The position numbers and the translations under genes are program-made. DNA of 64,000 nt from assembly GCF_000006765.1 (NCBI RefSeq), contig NC_002516.2, one strand, 5' to 3'. Each line of letters begins with the position of its first letter. Position 1 is the stretch's first letter. Origin of the DNA: Pseudomonas aeruginosa PAO1 (GTDB lineage Bacteria > Pseudomonadota > Gammaproteobacteria > Pseudomonadales > Pseudomonadaceae). Below are positions 38,109 to 49,697 of this stretch, piece after piece. Below the pieces are notes generated by a model that saw only the letters and a program-made list of their open reading frames with translations, did no database searches and was not told the origin of the DNA.

Positions 38109-38825
38109 TCAGCCGAACCACTCGCGGGCGCTGCGCCAGAGGCAGATACCGACGAAATAGGCCGAGGCGGCGAACCACAGGCCGAGCAGGATCGGCAGGT
38201 CGGCCGGCTGCTGGACGATCAGCAGACCGCTGCTGATCAGCCAGACGAAAGTCACGGCGATGTTCAGCGGCATGAACTGGCGCACGCGGAACGGGTGGAG
38301 GAACTTCATCCGGGTCAGGGTCAGGGCAGCCAGCACCAGCACCGTGGCGAGGTTGACCCAGGGGTGCAGGTCGAGCACGTAGAAGTACACCGCCACCACG
38401 TTCCAGGCGGCCGGGAAGCCGACGAAGTAGTTATCGGTGCTCTTCATGTTGACGTTGCAGAAGCAGAACAGCGATGAAACCAGGATCACGCCCACCGCCA
38501 GCAGCTCGAAATGCTCCGGCAGGGGGATGTAGCGGTAGATGAAGATGGCCGGGATGAACACGTAGGTCAGGTAGTCGATCACCAGGTCGAGCACCGAGCC
38601 GTCGAAATGCGGCAGCATTTCCTTGACTTCGTACTTGCGCGCCAGGGTGCCGTCGAGGCCGTCCACCAGCAGGGCCAGGCCGAGCCAGAGCAGGCAGGCC
38701 TGGGGTTTGTTGTCGACCAGCGCGAGCAGGGCCAGCAAGGCCAGGATCACGCCGCTGGCGGTGACGGCGTGGACGCCCCAGGCCTTGGCTTTGTTGATGG
38801 GAGTCATCGATAGGTTCACGGGCAT
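38109..38825 (-). CDS. pcs: Phosphatidylcholine synthase
   Basis: CDP-alcohol phosphotransferase motif DGLDGTLAR...DGSVLDLVIDYLTY; YFVGFPAAWN. Confidence 0.9.
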   Translation of the reverse strand: MPVNLSMTPINKAKAWGVHAVTASGVILALLALLALVDNKPQACLLWLGLALLVDGLDGTLARKYEVKEMLPHFDGSVLDLVIDYLTYVFIPAIFIYRYIPLPEHFELLAVGVILVSSLFCFCNVNMKSTDNYFVGFPAAWNVVAVYFYVLDLHPWVNLATVLVLAALTLTRMKFLHPFRVRQFMPLNIAVTFVWLISSGLLIVQQPADLPILLGLWFAASAYFVGICLWRSAREWFG

Positions 38826-38936
38826 TTCTCTTGTTCGGTGTTCGGCATGACGCGTCGCTCTATAGTGCACCGGCACCGGTGCGTCTGTCTGTTATCGGAT
38901 TGTCGGTGCTGGCGAGAGTTCAGCCAGCCCCGCCGG

Positions 38937-39962
38937 TCAGCGAATCGGCGGCGCATAGTGCAGGCCGCCGAGATTCCATTGCGCGTTGAGGCCGCGCGGC
39001 ATCTTCAGCGGGCTGCCGTCGCCGACGTTGCGGGCGAAGATCTCGCCATAGTTGCCGACCTGGCGCACCATCTGCACCACCCAGTCGCGCGGCAGTTGCA
39101 AGTCCTTGCCGGCGTCGCCCTCGCTGCCGAGCAGGCGGGCGACGTCCGGGTTGCGGCTGTCCCTGGCCTGGCGCTCGACGTTGCTCGAGGTGACCCCCAG
39201 CTCCTCCGCGTTGAGCAGGCCGTACAGGGTCCAGCGGACGATGTTGAACCAGGCTTCGTCGCCCTGCCGCACGGCCGGGCCGAGCGGCTCCTTGGAGATC
39301 ACTTCCGGCAGCACCACGTACTGCTCCGGCTTGGCCAGCTTCAGGCGCTGGGCGTAGAGCTGCGACTGGTCGGAGCTGAGCACGTCGCACTGCCCCGCCT
39401 CCAGGGCACGGGCGCTCTTCTCGTAGCTGTCGTCGAGCACCGCCTTGTAGCGGATGCCGTGGGCCCGGAAGTAGTCCGCCACGTTCAGCTCGTTGGTGGT
39501 GCCGGACTGGATGCACACCGTCGCGTCCTTCAGTTCGCGGGCGCTGGACACGCCGAGCTTGCGATTGACCAGGAAGCCCTGGCCGTCGAAATAGGTGACG
39601 CCGGTGAAGTGGATGCCCAGCGCGGTATCCCGCGAGCTGGTCCATGAGGTGTTGCGCGACAGCAGGTCGACCGTGCCGGACTGCAACGCCGAAAACCGCT
39701 CGGTGGCGGACAGCGGGGTGAAGCGCACCTTCTCGGCATCGCCGAACAGCGCGGCGGCCAGCGCCCGGCAGATGTCGACGTCGAGCCCCTTGAAACGGCC
39801 CTTGGCGTCGGCGTAGGAGAACCCCGGCAGGCCGTCGCTGACGCCGCACTGCACGTAGCCCTTGCGCTTCACCGCATCCAGCGTCGCACCGGCCTCGGCC
39901 GTGGCGCTGGCGCCGAGGCAGACAGCGGCCAGCAGCAGCCAGGTACCTTTCATTATTGTCAT
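38937..39962 (-). CDS. General L-amino acid ABC substrate-binding protein (AapJ-like)
   Basis: GLDVDICRA, RFSALQSG and ISKEPLGP motifs; no adjacent permease. Confidence 0.87.
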   Translation of the reverse strand: MTIMKGTWLLLAAVCLGASATAEAGATLDAVKRKGYVQCGVSDGLPGFSYADAKGRFKGLDVDICRALAAALFGDAEKVRFTPLSATERFSALQSGTVDLLSRNTSWTSSRDTALGIHFTGVTYFDGQGFLVNRKLGVSSARELKDATVCIQSGTTNELNVADYFRAHGIRYKAVLDDSYEKSARALEAGQCDVLSSDQSQLYAQRLKLAKPEQYVVLPEVISKEPLGPAVRQGDEAWFNIVRWTLYGLLNAEELGVTSSNVERQARDSRNPDVARLLGSEGDAGKDLQLPRDWVVQMVRQVGNYGEIFARNVGDGSPLKMPRGLNAQWNLGGLHYAPPIR

Positions 39963-40153
39963 CTGTTCGCCACTCCCTTCGCCGCCCCTGGGTGAACCGC
40001 CGGCCCCGCGCCGGTCGCTTCCCGGGCCGGTCGCCGCACTGTAACCGCAAGCGCCGCGGCACCGGCAGAGGCAGCCGGCGGCGCGACCGCGGCGGGCGAC
40101 GAACGGCGTACCCGGCGCACTTCCCTTAGCAAAGCGCATCCGCGGGAAATTAG

Positions 40154-40906
<753 letters not shown>

Positions 40907-40921
40907 CGCCCGGAGCTTCTC

Positions 40922-42820
40922 TCAGACGGCGTGCAGCCGGTAGTTCAGCGCGTAGCCGCCGAGCAGCTCTTCCAGCGCCGCCTGGCGTCTTTCGTCAAGC
41001 GCGGGAACGTGCAGGTGGGCGAGCTGGCCGTGGCGCTCGTCGGCGACCACCTCCACGCGGATATCCTCGGCGATCCTCCGGCTTTCCTCCTCCAGCACCC
41101 GGCGGATCGCGTCCAGGCGCAGCGCCGGCTTGAAGGTCTTGCCCACCGCGGTGACCGGCATGCTCTCGATCAGCCAGATATCCTTGGGCACCGCCGCGCG
41201 CTCCGGTACGTGGCGGCTGGCGTGCTCCAGCAGCTCTTCCTCGCTGGCGCTGGCGCCGGGCTTGAGCTGGATATACGCCACCGGCAGCTCGCCGGCCTTG
41301 GCGTCCGGCTTGCCCACCGCCGCCGCCAGGGCCACGGCCGGATGCCGGTGCAGCGCTTCTTCGATCATCTGTGGGTCGATGTTGTGGCCACCGCGAATGA
41401 TCAGGTCCTTGCTGCGCCCGGTGAGCCAGATGTAGCCGTCCTCGTCGATACGACCGAGGTCGCCGGTATTGAACCAGCCATCGCCGATCCAGATATCGCG
41501 GTTCCGGTCCTGTTGCAGGTAGCCCTTGAACACCGTCGGGCCCTTCAGGCAGAGGTTGCCCACCTCGTTCGGCGCGGCATCGCGCAGGTAATTGCCCTCG
41601 CCGTCGAGCACCGCGACCTTCACCTGGCAGTACGGCAGGCGCAGGCCGATCGAACCCGGCCGGCGCTCGCCGCCACGCGGGTTGCAACTGGTGCCGCAGG
41701 TACCTTCGGTGAGGCCGTAGCCCTCGATCACCTTGAGCCCGGTACGCGCCTCGAACTGGCGGATCAGCTCCACCGGCATCGGCGCCGCGCCGCACAGGGC
41801 GAAACGCAGGCTGGACAGGTCGCGGCCATCGCTGGGGACCTGCAGCAACGCCGCGTAGATGGTCGGCACGCCACTGAAGCTGGTGACCCGGTAGCGTTCC
41901 ACCAGCTTCCAGAAGTCCTGGATCAGGGTCGGATTGCGGTAGCCCTGGGGCCCGGCCAGGAGCACCTGGGCGCCGCGATGGAAGGGCGCCAGGCCGGTAA
42001 CCATCACGCCGTTGACGTGGAACAGCGGCAGGCCGCAGAGCAGCACGTCGTCCACCCCGTAGTCGGCGTTCAGGCCCATGATCTCGGCCATCGCCACCTC
42101 GTTGAAGTGGCTGTGCGGCGCCAGCTTCGGCGTGCCGGTGGTGCCGCCGGTGTGGAAATAGGAAGCGACGTCGTCCGGATGGATCGCCCGTCCGCTCTCC
42201 AGGCGGTCTGCCGGGCAGTCGGCGATCAGCGTATCGAAGTCCAGCACGCCCTCCGGCAGCGGCCCGCGCTGGGCCTTGAGCGCCTCGCGCTGCGGCGCCG
42301 GCAACAGGTTGGCCGGATCGACCACGACGATCGCATACAGCTCCGGCAACTGTGCGCGCAGGCCGGCGACCTTCTGCCACAGGTCGGTGCCGGGGAACGG
42401 CGCCAGGGTCACCAGCACCCGGGTGTTGGAGGCGCGGATCAGCTCGGCGATGTGCTCCGGCTCCAGCAGCGGGTTGATCGCATTGACGATCCCGGCGGCC
42501 TCGCCGCCCCAGATCACGTAGTGGGTCTGCGGCAGGTTGGGCAGCAGGAAGGACACCGCCTGGTGGCTTTCCAGGCCCAGCCGGTGCAAGGCGTTGGCGG
42601 TCTGGGTGACGCGGGCGAACAGCTCGGCATAGCTGATCCGCAACGGTTCTTCGGCGGCGCTGCCATGCAGCAGGCAGCTCAGGGCGATACGCTGGCCGTG
42701 GCGCCGGGCCGAGCGTTGCAACAGTTCGTAGGTGCTGGACGGCAGGTCGCGCTGTTCCAGCGGCACGCGTTCCAGGGCTTCGATATCGCTCAGCCCGGCG
42801 ATCGATGGGGACGGATTCAT
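40922..42820 (-). CDS. AMP-binding acyl-CoA synthetase
   Basis: YFHTGGTTGTPK, EGYGLTE and TGDLG motifs. Confidence 0.92.
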   Translation of the reverse strand: MNPSPSIAGLSDIEALERVPLEQRDLPSSTYELLQRSARRHGQRIALSCLLHGSAAEEPLRISYAELFARVTQTANALHRLGLESHQAVSFLLPNLPQTHYVIWGGEAAGIVNAINPLLEPEHIAELIRASNTRVLVTLAPFPGTDLWQKVAGLRAQLPELYAIVVVDPANLLPAPQREALKAQRGPLPEGVLDFDTLIADCPADRLESGRAIHPDDVASYFHTGGTTGTPKLAPHSHFNEVAMAEIMGLNADYGVDDVLLCGLPLFHVNGVMVTGLAPFHRGAQVLLAGPQGYRNPTLIQDFWKLVERYRVTSFSGVPTIYAALLQVPSDGRDLSSLRFALCGAAPMPVELIRQFEARTGLKVIEGYGLTEGTCGTSCNPRGGERRPGSIGLRLPYCQVKVAVLDGEGNYLRDAAPNEVGNLCLKGPTVFKGYLQQDRNRDIWIGDGWFNTGDLGRIDEDGYIWLTGRSKDLIIRGGHNIDPQMIEEALHRHPAVALAAAVGKPDAKAGELPVAYIQLKPGASASEEELLEHASRHVPERAAVPKDIWLIESMPVTAVGKTFKPALRLDAIRRVLEEESRRIAEDIRVEVVADERHGQLAHLHVPALDERRQAALEELLGGYALNYRLHAV

Positions 42821-43103
42821 GGTTTTCTTGTTCTTCCGTTGGTGAGTGGGCGGACACTCGCCGGATCGCTCCGGCACCATCCCGAAGATGCCACCCCCGT
42901 CGTCGCCCTACCGTTGTCTTTTTGTAGCGCGCCGCCGGTCCCGCGCACGAACCCTCCCGGAGGCTCTCCCGGGAACTTCGCGCAGCCCCCTCCAGGCCCC
43001 GTCCGGCCAGGCCTGGAGGTGCCCGACCAAGCATGGATTTCTCCCCGCTGGCAACATGCTTTACACTGGCGCCCGTTCATTCCTTAACCACTACGAGATC
43101 GCC

Positions 43104-44627
43104 GTGCTCAAAGCACTCAAGAAAATCTTCGGCAAGGCCGACGGAACCCAGCCGCAGAGCGGTTCCTCCCCGGTCCCGCAAGGCCCTGCCGGCGCTACCG
43201 CGAAAGGTACCGCCCCCACCGGCGAAAAGCCGACCGAGAAACGCCCACGCAAACCGCGCCCCCCGCGCGCCGACAACGAGTCCGGCGCCCCGCGCGCCGC
43301 TGAAAAGGCCGAGAAAGCCGAAAAGCCCGCCAAACCCGCCGGCAAAGAAGGCCGGGACGCCAAGCCGCGCACCGACAAGCCGCGCCGCGAACGCAAGCCG
43401 AAGCCGGTGGACAACTGGAAGCTGGAAGACTTCGTGGTCGAACCGCAGGAAGGCAAGACCCGCTTCCACGACTTCAACCTCGCCCCGAGCCTGATGCACG
43501 CCATCCATGACCTCGGCTTCCCCTACTGCACGCCGATCCAGGCGCAAGTACTGGGCTTCACCCTGCGCGGCCAGGACGCCATCGGCCGCGCCCAGACCGG
43601 CACCGGCAAGACCGCCGCGTTCCTCATCTCGATCATCACCCAGTTGCTGCAGACCCCGCCGCCGAAAGAGCGCTACATGGGCGAGCCGCGCGCGCTGATC
43701 ATCGCCCCGACCCGCGAACTGGTGGTACAGATCGCCAAGGACGCCGCGGCGCTGACCAAGTACACCGGGCTGAACGTGATGACCTTCGTCGGCGGCATGG
43801 ACTTCGACAAGCAACTCAAGCAGCTGGAAGCGCGCTTCTGCGACATCCTGGTAGCCACTCCAGGCCGTCTGCTGGACTTCAACCAGCGCGGCGAGGTGCA
43901 CCTGGACATGGTCGAGGTGATGGTCCTCGACGAAGCCGACCGCATGCTCGACATGGGCTTCATCCCGCAGGTCCGGCAGATCATCCGGCAGACCCCGCAC
44001 AAGGGCGAACGCCAGACCCTGCTGTTCTCGGCGACCTTCACCGACGACGTGATGAACCTCGCCAAGCAGTGGACCGTCGATCCGGCGATCGTCGAGATCG
44101 AGCCGGAGAACGTCGCCAGCGACACCGTCGAGCAGCATGTCTACGCCGTGGCCGGCAGCGACAAGTACAAGCTGCTGTACAACCTGGTGGCGCAGAACAA
44201 CTGGGAACGGGTGATGGTCTTCGCCAACCGCAAGGACGAAGTCCGCCGCATCGAGGAACGCCTGACCAAGGACGGCATCAGCGCCGCCCAGATGTCCGGC
44301 GACGTGCCGCAGCACAAGCGCATCCGCACCCTGGAAGGCTTCCGCGAAGGCAAGATCCGCGTCCTGGTGGCAACCGACGTGGCCGGCCGCGGCATCCACA
44401 TCGACGGCATCAGCCATGTGATCAACTTCACCCTGCCGGAAGACCCGGACGACTACGTGCACCGTATCGGTCGTACCGGCCGCGCCGGCGCCTCGGGCAC
44501 CTCGATCAGCTTCGCCGGCGAGGACGATGCCTTCGCCCTGCCGCCGATCGAAGAACTGCTGGGCCGCAAGATCACCTGCGAGATGCCGCCGGCCGAACTG
44601 CTCAAGCCGGTACCGCGCAAGCACTGA
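43104..44627 (+). CDS. rhlB: DEAD-box RNA helicase RhlB with N-terminal low-complexity extension
   Basis: Q motif, [20 protein letters not shown] and HRIGRTGR motifs; GTG start. Confidence 0.92.
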
Positions 44628-44641
44628 ACGCAGGCATGGAG

Positions 44642-44674
44642 AAAAAAGGCGAAGCCATCCGGCTTCGCCTTTTT
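44642..44674 (+). terminator. Intrinsic terminator after rhlB
   Basis: AAAAAAGGCGAAGCC-ATCC-GGCTTCGCCTTTTT. Confidence 0.8.
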
Positions 44675-44745
44675 CGTTTCTGCGACACGCAGGTGCCGCC
44701 GTCGGTCATCGAGGCAGGTCGGCGCTTGCCCGGCAATACCTTAAA

Positions 44746-44758
44746 GTCCAGAATGGAC
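44746..44758. promoter_or_regulatory. Palindromic operator upstream of dauB (probable DauR site)
   Basis: GTCCA-GAA-TGGAC; the same GTCCA-N3-TGGAC occurs at 48472-48484. Confidence 0.55.
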
Positions 44759-44787
44759 AAATTGTTTACATCCATTCCGGAGATCGC

Positions 44788-46885
<2,098 letters not shown>

Positions 46886-46947
46886 TGACCCGGCGGCGGG
46901 TTTGCGGCACACTCGCCTCGCCCGTCGTCCCACGAGAGTTCCTGCGC

Positions 46948-47580
46948 ATGAGCCCGAGCCAAGACCCCAGCCTGGAGAACTACCGGGCGATCGCCGACGG
47001 CATCGCCACCCTGTTCTTCCCCCACGCCGAAGTGGTCCTGCACGACCTGCGCAGCCAGCGGGTCGACTACATCGCCAACAACCTGTCCAAGCGCGAGGTC
47101 GGCGACGACTCGGCGCTGGAAGACATGCTCGAAGGCGATAGCGACGAGCGCAACATCGGTCCCTACGAGAAGCTCAACTGGGACGGGCAGAAGATCCGCT
47201 CGGTCAGCACCGTGCTGCGCGACTCCGCCGGCCAGCCGCTGGCGGTGCTGTGCATCAACCTGAACATCAGCCTGTTCGAGAGCGCCAAGGCGGCACTCGA
47301 CCTGTTCCTCTCGCCGAGCAAGCTGATTCCGCAACCGGACGCGCTGTTCCGCGACGACTGGCAGGAGCGCATCAACACCTTCCTGCACGGCTGGCTGCGG
47401 CAGCGCCAGCTCGGCTTGAACCTGCTGACCCGCGAGCACAAGCGCGAACTGGTCCTGGCCCTGCACGCCGAGGGCGCGTTCAAGGGCAAGAGCGCGGCCA
47501 ACTATGTGGCCAACGTGCTGAACATGGGCCGGGCGACGGTCTACAAGCACCTCAAGGAGCTGAAGGAAGGCGGCGACTGA
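46948..47580 (+). CDS. dauR: YheO/PAS-HTH transcriptional regulator DauR
   Basis: EVVLHDL PAS-like N-terminus; C-terminal HTH ...MGRATVYKHL. Confidence 0.9.
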   Translation: MSPSQDPSLENYRAIADGIATLFFPHAEVVLHDLRSQRVDYIANNLSKREVGDDSALEDMLEGDSDERNIGPYEKLNWDGQKIRSVSTVLRDSAGQPLAVLCINLNISLFESAKAALDLFLSPSKLIPQPDALFRDDWQERINTFLHGWLRQRQLGLNLLTREHKRELVLALHAEGAFKGKSAANYVANVLNMGRATVYKHLKELKEGGD

Positions 47581-47603
47581 CGGCAACCGCCGCCGGCGAG
47601 CGG

Positions 47604-48395
47604 TCAGTCGCCGTAGATGTCGCTCTTGAAGTACTTGCCCTCGATGCGCTTGTAGGTCCCGTCGGCACGAATCGCGTCGATCGCCGCGTTGAGCTTGCCG
47701 ACCAGCTCGGCGTCCCCCTTGCGCACCGCGATCCCGGCGCCCTCGCCGAAGTATTTCGGGTCCTTGAACTCCGGCCCGGCGAAGGCGTAGCCCTTGCCGC
47801 GCGGGGTATCGAGGAAGCCGGTCTGCAGCGGGATGGAGTCGGCGAAGGTGGCGTCGAGGCGGCCGGCCACCAGGTCCAGGTAGATCTCGTCCTGGCTGGT
47901 GTAGCGCACCACTTCGGCACCGGCCTTGGCCAGCACCGCACTGGCGAAGCGGTCGGCGGTAGCGCCGCGCTGCACGCCGATGCGCTTGCCGGCCAACTGG
48001 CTGAAGCTGTCGTCGAGCTGGGCGCCTTCCTTCATCACCAGGCGGCCCGGCGTGAAGTAGTACTTGTGGGTGAAGTCCACCGAGCGCCGGCGTTCCTCGG
48101 TGATGGTGATGGAGGACAGCGCGGCGTCTATCTTGCGAACTTTCAGCGAGGGAATCAGGCCATCGTACTCCTGCTCGATCCACTGGCACTTCACCTGCAT
48201 CTGCGCGCACAGCGCGTTGCCGATGTCGTAGTCGAAGCCGGCCAGTTCGCCTTCGGCGGTCTTGAAGGAAAACGGCGGGTAGGCGGCCTCGATGCCGATC
48301 CGCAGGTTGCCATCGGCGGCGACGGCGGATCCGCTGGCGAGCACGCCGAGCAGCAGGCCTCCCAGCAGGTTCTTGGTGTTCAGCGACTTGATCAT
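47604..48395 (-). CDS. Basic amino acid ABC substrate-binding protein (HisJ/ArgT-like)
   Basis: [16 protein letters not shown] and IGVQRG motifs. Confidence 0.88.
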   Translation of the reverse strand: MIKSLNTKNLLGGLLLGVLASGSAVAADGNLRIGIEAAYPPFSFKTAEGELAGFDYDIGNALCAQMQVKCQWIEQEYDGLIPSLKVRKIDAALSSITITEERRRSVDFTHKYYFTPGRLVMKEGAQLDDSFSQLAGKRIGVQRGATADRFASAVLAKAGAEVVRYTSQDEIYLDLVAGRLDATFADSIPLQTGFLDTPRGKGYAFAGPEFKDPKYFGEGAGIAVRKGDAELVGKLNAAIDAIRADGTYKRIEGKYFKSDIYGD

Positions 48396-48471
48396 GGACG
48401 ACTCCAGGGGTGACGAAGGTGCGCCCGCGGCCCGGGCGGGAAACAGACGGTGATCTGTCCTTATACTTTTC

Positions 48472-48484
48472 GTCCAATCTGGAC
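48472..48484. promoter_or_regulatory. Palindromic operator upstream of the amino-acid binding protein gene
   Basis: TACTTTTC-GTCCA-ATC-TGGAC-CAAAAAGTA. Confidence 0.55.
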
Positions 48485-48674
48485 CAAAAAGTACACACCG
48501 TCAATCGCCGTCCCTCCTCCGCTACCCCTCCTTACCTCCTTCGAGGAATAGGCCCGCCGGCCCGCGGGACTTAGTCTTGAGCCATACACAGCCACCCCGC
48601 GAGGTGTTCCGCTACGCAGACATCACCCCTTGCTCCATTTCAGCTATCACGGTTAAGGCTCTATTTACGCCTGG

Positions 48675-48709
48675 ATCCCCGCGTCACGCTCATGCCGCGG
48701 GGATTTTTT
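48675..48709 (+). terminator. Orphan intrinsic terminator
   Basis: ATCCCCGCG-N12-CGCGGGGAT followed by TTTTT. Confidence 0.6.
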
Positions 48710-48789
48710 CGTTTCGTCAACGCCCTTGAAAGGCTTCGCTACCCGTCGCAAGCCGCGCTCCGCCAGCTAGCGCGTCCAGGTCGGCGCCG

Positions 48790-48877
48790 AGCGCGAGTAC
48801 CGAAGGGTGCCTGAGCGACGTACGGGACTAGGCCGGGCTGGACATGCCCGGCCACCCGGACGCGCGGCGCAGCTATG
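48790..48877 (+). pseudogene. 5' fragment of molybdopterin-oxidoreductase-like gene interrupted by the transposon
   Basis: Reads ...LSDVRD*AGLDMPGHPDARRSY and continues in frame into 55214 onward once the element is removed. Confidence 0.5.
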
Positions 48878-49061
48878 TGTAGCGGCTTGCAATCGAAAAC
48901 CGTCGGGCTCGCAATCAGCGCGATTTTGGGCTCAGATTATCTGTGACTGACGGTGGGGGCGGGCTCACATTAATTGCGAGCGAGCTTGCAATCCATGCGG
49001 TGGGCTTGCAGTCCATTACCGCGGGCTCACGCTCTTTGCGACTGACGCTCATACCGGTAAT
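48878..49061 (+). repeat. Left terminal inverted repeat (184 bp)
   Basis: Reverse complement of 55024-55207 with 10 mismatches by manual alignment. Confidence 0.95.
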
Positions 49062-49282
49062 ACGCCGATCCCGATGAAGCAGATGACCTTTGCCGACGCC
49101 GAGTACGCCGGCAAGCGCAAGCAGAGGCGCGTCTGTAATGGGGGAAGGCTGCTGCGAGGTGCTCGCGGCGGCTAAAAACACAGAAATGAGCGGGTGATCG
49201 GATCGTTTTTAATCGATTCTCCGCTTTCAAATTCGCCGGGGGCTGAAGTCGGCCAGAAAGACATGGCTACTTCAGACCATCC
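49062..49282 (+). mobile_element. Internally deleted IS5-family remnant
   Basis: ATG 49074 gives MKQMTFADAEYAGKRKQ (IS5-type transposase N-terminus) fused to E-A-R-L-stop; ends ACTTCAGACCATCC followed by CTAA. Confidence 0.7.
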
Positions 49283-49358
49283 CTAAGGGGGCTGAGCCTA
49301 TATTGTTTGTAGTCCATGCAAGGGATTGCAAGCCAACTCAGCCCCAAGGTTTCCACCT

Positions 49359-49697
49359 TTATTTTCTGGAGGCAATTGTTACAATAAAAGCATCATGCCC
49401 AAGAGAAGCATCTTCCTCTGTACTCTCTTTCGCTCTAGCGTTATTATTATTGACAACATCAGGCACTTTTACTGGATTGACAAGCCCTTCAAATATGGCA
49501 TCAAGTCTTGCCTCGAACCTCCCTACATCCTTATGCCAGATGAATCCCTCAATTTTTGAAATTGCCAACCCTTTTTTAGTTGCCAAAGATACGACTTCCA
49601 GAGTTGCCTTCGTAGTTAGCCACATCTTCCCATTGCCTTCTTTTGAAAAAAAATCTAGGCCATTGTCAACTATTTCGACAGAGTTAGGATTGATCAT
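49359..49697 (-). CDS. Pyocin immunity protein (ImmE5-like)
   Basis: 112 aa; ATG overlaps the pyocin stop (TAATG); L..KA.LEV...A.KKGL and AFIVT patterns as in colicin E5 immunity protein. Confidence 0.85.
   Translation of the reverse strand: MINPNSVEIVDNGLDFFSKEGNGKMWLTTKATLEVVSLATKKGLAISKIEGFIWHKDVGRFEARLDAIFEGLVNPVKVPDVVNNNNARAKESTEEDASLGHDAFIVTIASRK

Noticed and set aside
48604-48729. 41-codon GTG ORF upstream of the transposon
   Set aside because: It runs through the intrinsic terminator and lacks a properly spaced RBS; an RNA interpretation is preferred.
48870-48879. 10-bp direct repeat CAGCTATGTG (also 55206-55215) as the TSD or an att core
   Set aside because: The IR match extends through TGT/ACA, so the outer CA and TG overlap the element ends; a 6-bp TSD with canonical TG...CA termini is more parsimonious, and no tyrosine integrase is present.
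48884-49033. Short periodic repeats as a possible CRISPR array
   Set aside because: The repeats are degenerate 10-mers with about 10-nt gaps, mirrored in an inverted copy 6 kb away, with no cas genes; transposon end structure explains them.
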